Of a stretch of DNA of 64,000 nt, positions 10,600 through 19,128 are shown piece by piece. Both the position numbers and the translations under genes were made by a program. The notes under the pieces were generated by a model that did not search any database, had not been told where the DNA came from, and saw only the letters and a program-made list of their open reading frames with translations. Within the stretch, counting starts at the first letter, position 1, and each line of letters begins with the position of its first letter. Source of the stretch: Candidatus Omnitrophota bacterium (GTDB taxonomy: Bacteria > Omnitrophota > Gorgyraeia > Aquiviventales > Aquiviventaceae); NCBI GenBank assembly GCA_023247255.1, contig JAHFGV010000010.1, positions 2,830-66,829 of the forward strand, written 5' to 3'.

Positions 10600-10780
10600 C
10601 GGCCATCCTCCTGTTGTAATGGTACGAGAATAGCAGATGCGATACTTGTTGTAAAGGGATAATTACCAAAAGAAATTACCTGTCAACCGCTTTCCTGGTT
10701 ATAGTATTGTAAGTTCTGAATCTGAGGGAGTGTCTGCATCTTGCCTTGAGCCTGGCGAGCGCACTCAGAACTGATGCCCC

Positions 10781-11455
10781 ATGGATATAGAAGGAATTAC
10801 TCAAACCCTCCTGCAACACATACTCACTCACGGGCAGTGGAGTGTGTTCGTTGGGGTGTTGATTGAGTCCATCATCATTCCTATTCCTTCTCCCCTGATC
10901 ATCATGGGAGCCGGTGCCTTGTTGATTTCACCCGAGGCTTCTTGGCCCCAGGCGCTTTTCCAGATTCTCCAGAGAATCGTCCTGCCTGGATCGATTGCTT
11001 CCACCTTGGGAGCTTTTATCGGTTACGGGATTGGCTTCTGGGGTGGAAAACCCTTGGTCAAACGGTGGCAGGGCTATCTGGGATTTGGCTGGGATCAAGT
11101 GATGACTATGGAGCAACGTCTCAAGCGCCATCATCCGGGTCGGGTGCTTTTTCTTCTTCGAGCACTACCGGTGGTTCCCCTGTCGTTAATATCGATCGCC
11201 GCAGGTTTCCTTAGATGGCCGGCCCATTCATTCGCGGGATGGACATGGTTGGGATCCCTTGTCCGTTGCCTGTTGCTGGGATATCTGGGATGGGCCACCC
11301 GCGAGGCTTACGCGAATTTGGCGGAGCGATTGGACACGGTAGAATCGTTTTTTTTCTGCGCCATCGTCTTGGGAATAGTCGGCTTGATCCTCTGGCTTCG
11401 CGTCCGCATCCAGCAGGCTAAGAAAACCCTTGACAAATCAAGCGGTAAAATTTAA
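10781..11455 (+). CDS. DedA family membrane protein
   Basis: ESIIIPIPS, GAFIGYGIGFWGG, RALPVVP motifs. Confidence 0.88.
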   Translation: MDIEGITQTLLQHILTHGQWSVFVGVLIESIIIPIPSPLIIMGAGALLISPEASWPQALFQILQRIVLPGSIASTLGAFIGYGIGFWGGKPLVKRWQGYLGFGWDQVMTMEQRLKRHHPGRVLFLLRALPVVPLSLISIAAGFLRWPAHSFAGWTWLGSLVRCLLLGYLGWATREAYANLAERLDTVESFFFCAIVLGIVGLILWLRVRIQQAKKTLDKSSGKI

Positions 11456-11519
11456 GTTACTATAAGCATTCTTAAGCATATTTAAGCGATCCTTTCGGTT
11501 TTTTGCACTCGGCAGCCGG

Positions 11520-11996
11520 ATGAAACGTACCCTACGATTACAGGCAGTGTTTCTCGCCACTCTCACAATAAGTACCAGCTTCTGGCTGAGCCGCTCTGTT
11601 TACGCTCAAGAAAATCAGGGTTCCGATTCAGAGCCCCAGACGGAGGAATCCCAGCCGTGGCTTGAGCCCATTCCCCTTCCCACAGACCCTGAGCTTGAGG
11701 CGCAGATCCACGAGGTGCAAGACGCCTTGAGCGCCATTCACACCCAGATGGTCCGACGCAAAGAGCTGTTGCAAACCACTCAGGATGCGACGAAAAAGTC
11801 CACCCTTTATGATGAATTGGAAGTCCTTCGAAAAGAGCGTGAGGACCTCGAAGCGCTCTTGCACGATCTGGTGGATGAGGCCCGGCTGAGTGAGCGCACT
11901 GCGATTGACGAAGCGCTTGCAAAAGTACGCTGGCTTGAGCGACGTCAGGAGGCGTTGGAGAAAAAAGATGAGCTCATCCGTGACCGCCAAGAGTAG
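11520..11996 (+). CDS. Secreted coiled-coil hypothetical protein
   Basis: Signal peptide ending VYA|Q, then E/L/R heptad-rich helix. Confidence 0.8.
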   Translation: MKRTLRLQAVFLATLTISTSFWLSRSVYAQENQGSDSEPQTEESQPWLEPIPLPTDPELEAQIHEVQDALSAIHTQMVRRKELLQTTQDATKKSTLYDELEVLRKEREDLEALLHDLVDEARLSERTAIDEALAKVRWLERRQEALEKKDELIRDRQE

Positions 11997-13071
11997 ACGG
12001 CTTCGACTTTCCGGTCGCGTGCTCATCAGTGTCGTGTTTCTCGGTTGTCCTGTGGTTTTTGCTCAGCAGGACCCGGATGAGGAATCCGTCAAGAAACGTC
12101 CAGAATTGCCCCCTTTAACCGCGCAAGTGTCTCCGGAAGAAGCCCTGGCAGCCATCAAACGCAGGGCCCAGAAAATCCTTCAGGCTCGACGCGAAGCCCG
12201 TCGATTTAAATTCTCAGGAGAAGCCTCGGAGGCAGTGGCCTATGAAACGAATCCTTCCAATGGGTCTTCCCACAAAGGGGACACTTCCTTTGAGCAGAGC
12301 GCTTATTTAACCTTGTCGAAGAAACTCACCCCCACCCTCGATTGGCAGGCTAATTACTCCGGATCCTATCTCAAATACCTCGACTATGGGGATGGGGATT
12401 ATACGGATCACACCCTCACGCCGCTCAGATTCCGCTGGCAGCCGGGAAAGATGTGGCGCGTGGAATCCTGGATCGATGTGGAGTACAACTACTATCCCTC
12501 AGGAAAGGATTCTACCTATCGAAACCTCAAGTTAACCAAGCGGGTGCGCCAGAATCTGTTTAAATCCTGGTATCACCAGATTCAATATGAATGGTTCACA
12601 CGGGACTACGCGACGAAGAATGCGCGCGATGGAGCGGGTGCGGAAACACTGAGCGATCGTGTGGATACAAGACACAGGTTGCGATACAAAGTGGGAACCA
12701 CCGTTAAAAAGGCGCTTCTGTCCGTTGAAAACGAGTATTACTCGAACGATTCCAATGACGCCCGTAACGATTTCTATGACTACGCGGTGTGGAAGATCAA
12801 CAATTCCCTCAGCGGAAGTGTGACTAAGAAACTTTATTTAAGCGGAAGCTTTTCCTTTGAGCGAAAGAATTACAAGGAAAGACCCGTTACAGGCCTTGTG
12901 GCCCCAGCCCGGTATGACGACAAGTACACCTTGAGCAGCTCAGCTAGTTATGACATCAGCAAAACTTGGAAGCTCGCCTACGCCTTCACCTTCGATCACC
13001 TCGCCTCTAACGAACCCACCGGGGAATTCGACAACGCAAAGCACGCACTGACCGTGACTGCAAGATTCTGA
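11968..13071 (+). CDS. Putative outer-membrane beta-barrel protein
   Basis: Signal peptide (VFA|Q); Tyr/Ser/Asp-rich alternating beta strands; C-terminal LTVTARF barrel signature. Confidence 0.75.
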   Translation: MSSSVTAKSRRLRLSGRVLISVVFLGCPVVFAQQDPDEESVKKRPELPPLTAQVSPEEALAAIKRRAQKILQARREARRFKFSGEASEAVAYETNPSNGSSHKGDTSFEQSAYLTLSKKLTPTLDWQANYSGSYLKYLDYGDGDYTDHTLTPLRFRWQPGKMWRVESWIDVEYNYYPSGKDSTYRNLKLTKRVRQNLFKSWYHQIQYEWFTRDYATKNARDGAGAETLSDRVDTRHRLRYKVGTTVKKALLSVENEYYSNDSNDARNDFYDYAVWKINNSLSGSVTKKLYLSGSFSFERKNYKERPVTGLVAPARYDDKYTLSSSASYDISKTWKLAYAFTFDHLASNEPTGEFDNAKHALTVTARF

Positions 13072-13096
13072 ACTGATAAATTTCGATTCGCGGAAT

Positions 13097-14359
13097 TTAC
13101 GGGATATACACCCCTCCGGGAGCTGTGTCTGCTGGACTCGTGGCTGTGTGGTCATGCCGCGTTCCATCACTGTGCACGTGGATCGTGTGCGTATGCTCCT
13201 CAGGCGTGAAGTCATTGTTGTGATCCGCTAAGTGGATCGCTGTTTCATAGCGCTCGACGATTTGCTGCTGTTGGTTATCGTAGTTCTGATTCTCCACAGT
13301 AGCAGGGGGCTGATACTGCTCGGCCATTTCCCGGTACTGCTCCAGTAATTCGGGACTGACATTCTGGCCTTCAGCGGCTTCCCATTGAGCGAAGGCTTCC
13401 ATTGGGCTCTGGAACTCGTATTCCATAGGTCCTGAGCCGAATCCTTCCATGGGGCCTGGTCCACCAAACCCTTCCATAGGTCCTGAGCCGTAGCCCTCAA
13501 AAGTCATTCCTTGAGGAGGGCCTCCATCTCCCTGAGCATTGGGGCCAAAGACTTCGTAGCCGGGGTGTGAGGCCATAAATTCCTGAGAATTTGCCATATA
13601 GTCTTTGGCCATCTGGAGCTGCTCCGGAGTCATCTGACCCGATGAGACCATCTGCTCCATCTGATCGAGGCTGGGCATTCCTCCGGGTCCTGCTCCTGGG
13701 TGGCCTAACTCCCCACCCGGCCCAGGACCTCCCATAACCCCTCCGGGACCCATCATCTCCATTTCGCCGCCGGACCATCGGGCGAATTCAAACCGGGCGC
13801 GCTCGACATACTCGGCTGGGGCTCCGCGAGCGACCATATCCGACTCCCACTCGTGAAACATGCCTTCGGCATGAGCGACCATTTCGGCAGAGGGAACATA
13901 CCGCTCCCCACTTTCAAAGGCGAGCATGCACCGTTCTCCCTCGCGAATGGACAGTTCCATCTCACGGGCGGCCTGTGGATCTGTAGCACGCAGGTTTTCC
14001 AACTGCTCCCGCATCTGGCCTTGGACACGGTTAAACTCTTCACGGGCGGCCTCGCGTACCTCCGTTGGAATCACCGTTGATAGATCCACCCCTTCGCGTT
14101 GGAGACTAGCGACTTCTTGCGTCACTGCCGCACGCTCGCGAGGATCAAGCACCGTAGCCTCGGCTACGTTACGACACAACTGAGCTAACTCCGGATCATT
14201 CGCCACCTCAGGATCCGCGGCAATCAACGCTTCGACAGCGGCGTAAAGAGCCGGATCCACCGTCTCCAACTGCGCCCAGGCTACCGGAGACATTTGGAAG
14301 GACAATGCGACTGCTAAAAGTACCCTCTGTCCCAATCGAATCTTTTTGCTGCACATCAT
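13097..14359 (-). CDS. Secreted acidic Met/Gly/Pro-rich protein with His-rich C-terminal motif
   Basis: AAGGAGG RBS; signal peptide AWA|Q; MEGFGxxP repeats; HLADH..EEHTHTIHVHSDGTRHDH. Confidence 0.85.
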   Translation of the reverse strand: MMCSKKIRLGQRVLLAVALSFQMSPVAWAQLETVDPALYAAVEALIAADPEVANDPELAQLCRNVAEATVLDPRERAAVTQEVASLQREGVDLSTVIPTEVREAAREEFNRVQGQMREQLENLRATDPQAAREMELSIREGERCMLAFESGERYVPSAEMVAHAEGMFHEWESDMVARGAPAEYVERARFEFARWSGGEMEMMGPGGVMGGPGPGGELGHPGAGPGGMPSLDQMEQMVSSGQMTPEQLQMAKDYMANSQEFMASHPGYEVFGPNAQGDGGPPQGMTFEGYGSGPMEGFGGPGPMEGFGSGPMEYEFQSPMEAFAQWEAAEGQNVSPELLEQYREMAEQYQPPATVENQNYDNQQQQIVERYETAIHLADHNNDFTPEEHTHTIHVHSDGTRHDHTATSPADTAPGGVYIP

Positions 14360-14432
14360 CTTCGCGTGACCTCCTTTTGAGTTCTCATTCTTTCGTTGTT
14401 CTCAACAGGCTCTACGATATTCCCCAGTCATC

Positions 14433-15449
14433 CTAGGGTTGTGGAGGGGCTTGATACTCCTGCTGGGGCAATTCCGCTTGAGAAGGAGGCTCCATGGGTC
14501 CAGGCATTTCATGTTCCGCTGGTTCATTTTGGGGAGCCTGGTACTCATGGGTCGGTGATTCAAATTCATGAGTCGATGATTCGTATTCATGCGTGGGAGC
14601 TTCCGCTTCAAAGGAGCGGTCCATGGATTCAAAGGCGCGTTCACGCTCAATGACCTCAGGCCCTGAGTGATATTCGTTCTCGCGGCCTTCGAAATACCGC
14701 TCGCTAGTACCCATCTCCCGATCAAAACCCTCATGCATCATCTCCGGACGATCCTCTGGGCTATCCCCTTCATGCCCGAAGAAACGCTCCATCTGTTCTC
14801 GGGCTTCCGGAGACATCTGTTCCCATGAGCGCTCACCACCTGGGTGAGATTCCATTCCTAGCCCTTCGCGAAAACCCTCACCATTCATCATTCGACCTTC
14901 AGCAGAACCCCACTCACGCCCTTCATTAGGCTCGATCCCATAGTCTCGAAGCACATCGAACACCTTCTCTCTGGCTTGATCCGGTGAGATCTGCCCTCCT
15001 TCAAACTGACGGCGGACATCTTCCATCCGAGGATCGGATTGAACCTGCATGAAGAGCCGGTCACGCTCGGAAAGATTCGTGTTATCGCCTCCCAACGGGG
15101 TAGAGCCCATAAACCCTTGCGAGCGAGGAACGTTGCTGCTACTCGAAACATCAGTGGGAGGTGCACCTAGAGACAAGCCTGTTTCCGGAGCCTCAAGACT
15201 CGGCGGGCTCAACTCGCCCGTATTCAATAATTCCAATTGAGCTTCCATTTCTCTGGCGAGCTCGGGGTCTGTCTGTCTTGTGTCTTCAATGGCTTGCAGA
15301 ATGTGCTCCCGTGTCGTCGGGGCTACCTCTGTCTGCGCGGCTTCCACCGTTCCTTCATCATCCGCGGCCCAGGCCAGCGGAGAAGTGACTAGCGTGATTG
15401 CCACTGCCAGTAGGGCAATGGACGCTGTCGCAGAGCTTGCGATTCTCAT
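14433..15449 (-). CDS. Secreted acidic protein with THE[YF]ES repeats
   Basis: GGAGG RBS; signal peptide AWA|ADD; Glu-rich low-complexity tail. Confidence 0.85.
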   Translation of the reverse strand: MRIASSATASIALLAVAITLVTSPLAWAADDEGTVEAAQTEVAPTTREHILQAIEDTRQTDPELAREMEAQLELLNTGELSPPSLEAPETGLSLGAPPTDVSSSSNVPRSQGFMGSTPLGGDNTNLSERDRLFMQVQSDPRMEDVRRQFEGGQISPDQAREKVFDVLRDYGIEPNEGREWGSAEGRMMNGEGFREGLGMESHPGGERSWEQMSPEAREQMERFFGHEGDSPEDRPEMMHEGFDREMGTSERYFEGRENEYHSGPEVIERERAFESMDRSFEAEAPTHEYESSTHEFESPTHEYQAPQNEPAEHEMPGPMEPPSQAELPQQEYQAPPQP

Positions 15450-15508
15450 GTTATCCTCCCTTCTAGGATCAACGGCCTGGCTCGGTATCGCTCAGACTAC
15501 TCGCTGCC

Positions 15509-17362
15509 TCACTCAGGGTTTGGCGCTTCGGATTCCGCTTCTGACCCAGAGGTCTCTTGTTCATGTGGACTGGACTCTTGTGAAGATTCATTTTCAGGAG
15601 CAACATTATCAGGCTCTTCCGATGACACTGATTCTGATGAAGGAAGTTCGCTGGGCTCCGCATCCACTTCTGGAGCAGTCGCTTCGGTCGCAGTTTCTAG
15701 CTCCATCTCCGTGTCCTGTTCAGCACTCGATTCAGGTTCTGACCCTGCCATTTCGGAACTCCCTTGAGACTCTCCTAAGACCGTCCCAGCGTCAGACCCT
15801 GATGTCTCCTGCATGCCTGCAGCGGCTCCGCCTGTATCTGCGTCCGATTCTCCGAAGAGGGAGAATGATTCTGGGCTGTTGCCGTAGTCGTAATCGTTTT
15901 TCAATATCTCACTGGCTTGCCCCTCAGCGGTTGCTTCGGAGATTTGACCGCTCTCAACCTGCAGACCGAGTTCGATGAGACGCGGGTCGGACTCTAACGC
16001 CGCTTCAACGGCACTACCCGTCACGTCCCAGCTGCTCGCATCCGCATCTTGGCGATTCCCTATCCCGTCGCCATCGATGTCCGCATCGGCGGTGTTGGGC
16101 GTGCCATCGCCATCGATGTCCGCATCCACAAGATTCAACTGCCCATCGCCGTCGACGTCAGGATCCACGGCATTCAGTCGCCCATCGCCATCCACATCAG
16201 CATCTTGGACGTTGGGCGTGCCATCGCCATCGATGTCCGTATCCTGGGTGTTGAGCTTCCCATCTCCATCCACATCCATGTCTTGAGAGTTCACTTGGCC
16301 GTCGCCATCGACATCGGCATCGACTGTATTGGCCTTGCCGTCGCCATCGATGTCCGCATCCTGGCCATTGAGCGTGCCATCCCCATCGACATCGGGATCG
16401 ACCGTATTGGTGGCGCCATCCCCATCGACATCGGTATCCATAGAGTTGAGTTGCCCATCCCCATCGACATCGGCATCTTGGGCGTTCGCGGTGCCATCCC
16501 CATCAATGTCCTGGTCTTTGGCGTTCATGACCCGATCCCCGTCTACATCTAGGTCCTGGGCGTTGGGCGTACTGTCCCCGTCGGCATCCAGGTCTTGAGC
16601 ATTGGGCGTCCCATCCCCATCCCCATCGGTATCGGCGGCGTTGAGGGTTCCATCGCCGTCGATATCCGGATCCTTGATATTCGGAATCCCATCGTGGTCG
16701 GTGTCCGCCGTAGCATCTCCTGCGGTGAGCGCTTCGCCCCCTGGCGCATTCTCCATCCCATCCCCATCGACATCGAGATCGGACGTATTAGGCGTGCCGT
16801 CCCCATCACTATCGGCATCGGTTCTATTAGCCTGCCCGTCTCCATCGATATCCGCATCTTGGGCATTCAAGGTCCCGTCGCCATCTACGTCCAGATCGAG
16901 TGCGTTCGCGGTACCATCTCCATCCACATCGGTATCGGCGGCGTTCAACTGGCCATCGCCATCGATGTCTTTATCATCGGTGTTTTGAATCCCGTCTCCA
17001 TCCACATCGGTATCGGCGGCGTTCAACTGGCCATCGCCATCGATGTCTTTATCATCGGTGTTTTGAATCCCGTCTCCATCCACGTCGGTATCGGAGACGT
17101 TCAACTGGCCATCCCCATCGACATCGGGGTCGGCTGTGTTCGGGATGCCATCATGGTCGATATCGAGTGCCGCGGCTGCTGCGGGCGATTGGGCTTCACT
17201 GCTTGGGCTAAGATCAAGCGCTGCCGGGACCGCTATCTGAGCCGCTTCAGCGGTCTGATCATCCGCGGCCCACACCGAAGGACCAGCAATGAGAAGGGAA
17301 CCCAGACTCGCTGCGATGAGAGTCACTGCTAACCACCGATCCATTAATCGTCTACGATACAT
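15509..17362 (-). CDS. Secreted Ca-binding repeat protein (thrombospondin type-3-like DxDGDG repeats)
   Basis: GGAGGTGG RBS before ATG 17362; signal peptide VWA|ADD; 11+17 repeats of 13 aa D[VI]DGDGxxNxxDx; E/S-rich tail. Confidence 0.9.
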   Translation of the reverse strand: MYRRRLMDRWLAVTLIAASLGSLLIAGPSVWAADDQTAEAAQIAVPAALDLSPSSEAQSPAAAAALDIDHDGIPNTADPDVDGDGQLNVSDTDVDGDGIQNTDDKDIDGDGQLNAADTDVDGDGIQNTDDKDIDGDGQLNAADTDVDGDGTANALDLDVDGDGTLNAQDADIDGDGQANRTDADSDGDGTPNTSDLDVDGDGMENAPGGEALTAGDATADTDHDGIPNIKDPDIDGDGTLNAADTDGDGDGTPNAQDLDADGDSTPNAQDLDVDGDRVMNAKDQDIDGDGTANAQDADVDGDGQLNSMDTDVDGDGATNTVDPDVDGDGTLNGQDADIDGDGKANTVDADVDGDGQVNSQDMDVDGDGKLNTQDTDIDGDGTPNVQDADVDGDGRLNAVDPDVDGDGQLNLVDADIDGDGTPNTADADIDGDGIGNRQDADASSWDVTGSAVEAALESDPRLIELGLQVESGQISEATAEGQASEILKNDYDYGNSPESFSLFGESDADTGGAAAGMQETSGSDAGTVLGESQGSSEMAGSEPESSAEQDTEMELETATEATAPEVDAEPSELPSSESVSSEEPDNVAPENESSQESSPHEQETSGSEAESEAPNPE

Positions 17363-17380
17363 GTTCCACCTCCGTAGAAC

Positions 17381-17411
17381 AAAAAAACCCTTGCCATTGA
17401 AAGCAAGGGTT
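17381..17411 (-). terminator. Intrinsic terminator in the riboswitch expression platform
   Basis: Minus strand AACCCTTGC-TTTCAATG-GCAAGGG-TTTTTTT between aptamer and RBS. Confidence 0.85.
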
Positions 17412-17435
17412 CGCTGATGCGCCTTACGGCGCATC

Positions 17436-17530
17436 TATCCGGTAACTGGCTGCCATCCCTAGCTTCCCGCTAGGTTGAAGGCCCTATAGCTTTGCGACCC
17501 ATTCTTTCGAATGGTGTGCCTTTTTCAGAT
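17436..17530 (-). ncRNA. c-di-GMP-I (GEMM) riboswitch
   Basis: Minus strand AAAAGGCACACCATTCGAAAGAATGGGTCGCAAAGC...GATGGCAGCCAGTTACCG matches GEMM hallmarks (GAAA tetraloop, GCAAAGC, GUUACCG); G at the position equivalent to Vc2 G20. Confidence 0.9.
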
Positions 17531-17871
17531 CGATTGAGTTGTCAAATGCAAGGACACGGCTTTTGATTAAAAATACCTGACGCCGCTCAAAAATGTCAAG
17601 ACTCCAATGTGAAGACTCCATTAAAAAATTTGTCGCAACCAATATAGAAATGTCATAGTCGTTGTTCTTGGATGGGGGGGGTGGGGGGAAGGGTGGATAA
17701 GTTGTGAACTTGTGCACAACGGCCGTTGGGCGCTTGGAGTCGTCGCGTTTTTGGCCTCTGGCAGGCTCCAGGATTGACGATCGTTACCGAGGGAGGCAAT
17801 CGAGGTATCCCCGTTGCGAGCGTGCGAGGCGGTTTGGCGTCGCAACAGGGCGAAGTAGAACGGATCCATTA

Positions 17872-18869
17872 GGGGTCAGGCATTCACTATGTTAATTATT
17901 GACTCAGCGTATCTGTTGGGTTAAGGTAAGCCATGGCTCGAGCTCCAAGAATCAACCTGGCTGGCGGACTATTCCATGTGACTCAACGGGGGAATAATCG
18001 CCAGCCCATTTTCTTAGATGATAAAGATCGGCGCGCTTTTCTTGAGCGTGTGGCTCGGTTCCGAGGACCTTTTAAATGTTCTGTGCATGCCTACTGTTTG
18101 ATGGATAATCACGTACACCTGCTTTTGGAGACTCAGGAGGCCAATCTTTCTGCTTTTGCCCAGCGATTGTTTGCCTCCTACACATTATGGTTCAACCGCA
18201 AGCACGAGCAGGTGGGACACGTTTTCCAGGGGCGGTTTAAATCGATTCTTGTAGAGAAGGATGCGTATTTGCTCGAGTTGTCACGATACATTCATCTCAA
18301 TCCAGTTAAGGCAAAACTTGTAGTGAAGCCAGAGGAATATCGTTGGTCAAGCATGCGCAGTTACCTGGGGATGGAAGGTGTCGAGAGCTGGGTTACCACA
18401 CGAGACGTACTGGCATACTTTACGGGTAGACGCCAGGAATATTTGGCATTTGTCTATGGCAGGATGGGGGTAGAGGACCCAGGATTTATAACTCGGGGCG
18501 ATTGCTTAGGTTCTCACGCGTTCATTGAAGAAGTTCAGACACAGTTCAGAAATGGAGAACATCAGAGGACGCAGGCTCTCGATAGGAAAACGGAGGATGC
18601 GGCCAAGTTAGCAAAGGTGAGTCGATTGTTAGGCATGGATGAGACGACGATGAGGAAGAAGCATGCGAAGGGTAGGGAGTCCGCTCGGGCGCGAGCCATG
18701 CTAGGATATGTGCTGCGCAGGACAACATCGATGACGCATGCAGAGATTGGGCGAGTCTTGGGGGGAGTGTCTGCGGCTGGCGTTGCCTCGCAAGCAGAGA
18801 AGGTGGCGCGCTTGCCAAAGTTACGAGACAAGGCAGACAGAATAATTAAAATAACAAATGCCTGACCCC
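17872..18869 (+). mobile_element. TIR-flanked HUH tyrosine transposase unit (TIRYT-like)
   Basis: GGGGTCAGGCATTcactatgTTAATTATT (17872-17900) and AATAATTAAaataacaAATGCCTGACCCC (18841-18869) tightly bracket the ORF. Confidence 0.8.
17933..18865 (+). CDS. REP-associated tyrosine transposase (Y1/RAYT) with C-terminal DnaA-C-like HTH
   Basis: MARAPR..FHVTQRGNNRQ, YCLMDNHVHLL (HUH), GHVFQGRFKS, RYIHLNPV, YRWSS; C-terminal AEIGRVLGGVS. Confidence 0.92.
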   Translation: MARAPRINLAGGLFHVTQRGNNRQPIFLDDKDRRAFLERVARFRGPFKCSVHAYCLMDNHVHLLLETQEANLSAFAQRLFASYTLWFNRKHEQVGHVFQGRFKSILVEKDAYLLELSRYIHLNPVKAKLVVKPEEYRWSSMRSYLGMEGVESWVTTRDVLAYFTGRRQEYLAFVYGRMGVEDPGFITRGDCLGSHAFIEEVQTQFRNGEHQRTQALDRKTEDAAKLAKVSRLLGMDETTMRKKHAKGRESARARAMLGYVLRRTTSMTHAEIGRVLGGVSAAGVASQAEKVARLPKLRDKADRIIKITNA

Positions 18870-19128
18870 AACCTACGTCCGACAGGCTACGGCTTTGGAA
18901 GAATTGTTGGTTGTGGGCGCGAACCACATGAAGCCGGCCGATTTCACCTGTCTTGCTGGGCACCCGAGTTTGCGGCGAGCGAGTATCGGATTAGGAAGTG
19001 ATAAGAAGAATCGCGCGGTAAAGGAATACCTGCCATTTCCACCGATGGAGATCATGGAGGGCGGCTTTGATTTCAGGTAGGTCGTGACTGGTCTCCAAAT
19101 TTTGGCTGCCAGATGGGTGAGGGGGAGC

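Larger units (their letters stand above)
8886..10667 (-). mobile_element. IS1595-family element with passenger gene
   Basis: 25-bp IRs GGCAACTATCCCTTTACACCAAGTA (8886) and TACTTGTTGTAAAGGGATAATTACC (ends 10667), 3 mismatches; 8-bp TSD AAAAGAAA on both sides. Confidence 0.93.

Noticed and set aside
15975-17332. Plus-strand ORFs rich in PSPS or IPID repeats
   Set aside because: Antisense shadows of the DxDGDG repeat gene
17363-17434. Longer N-terminus in the ORF track (641 aa)
   Set aside because: Overlaps the riboswitch terminator; the strong RBS and signal peptide support ATG 17362
17436-17530. c-AMP-GMP (GEMM-Ib) variant riboswitch
   Set aside because: The G20-equivalent position reads G, not A, so c-di-GMP is the default assignment (not tested)
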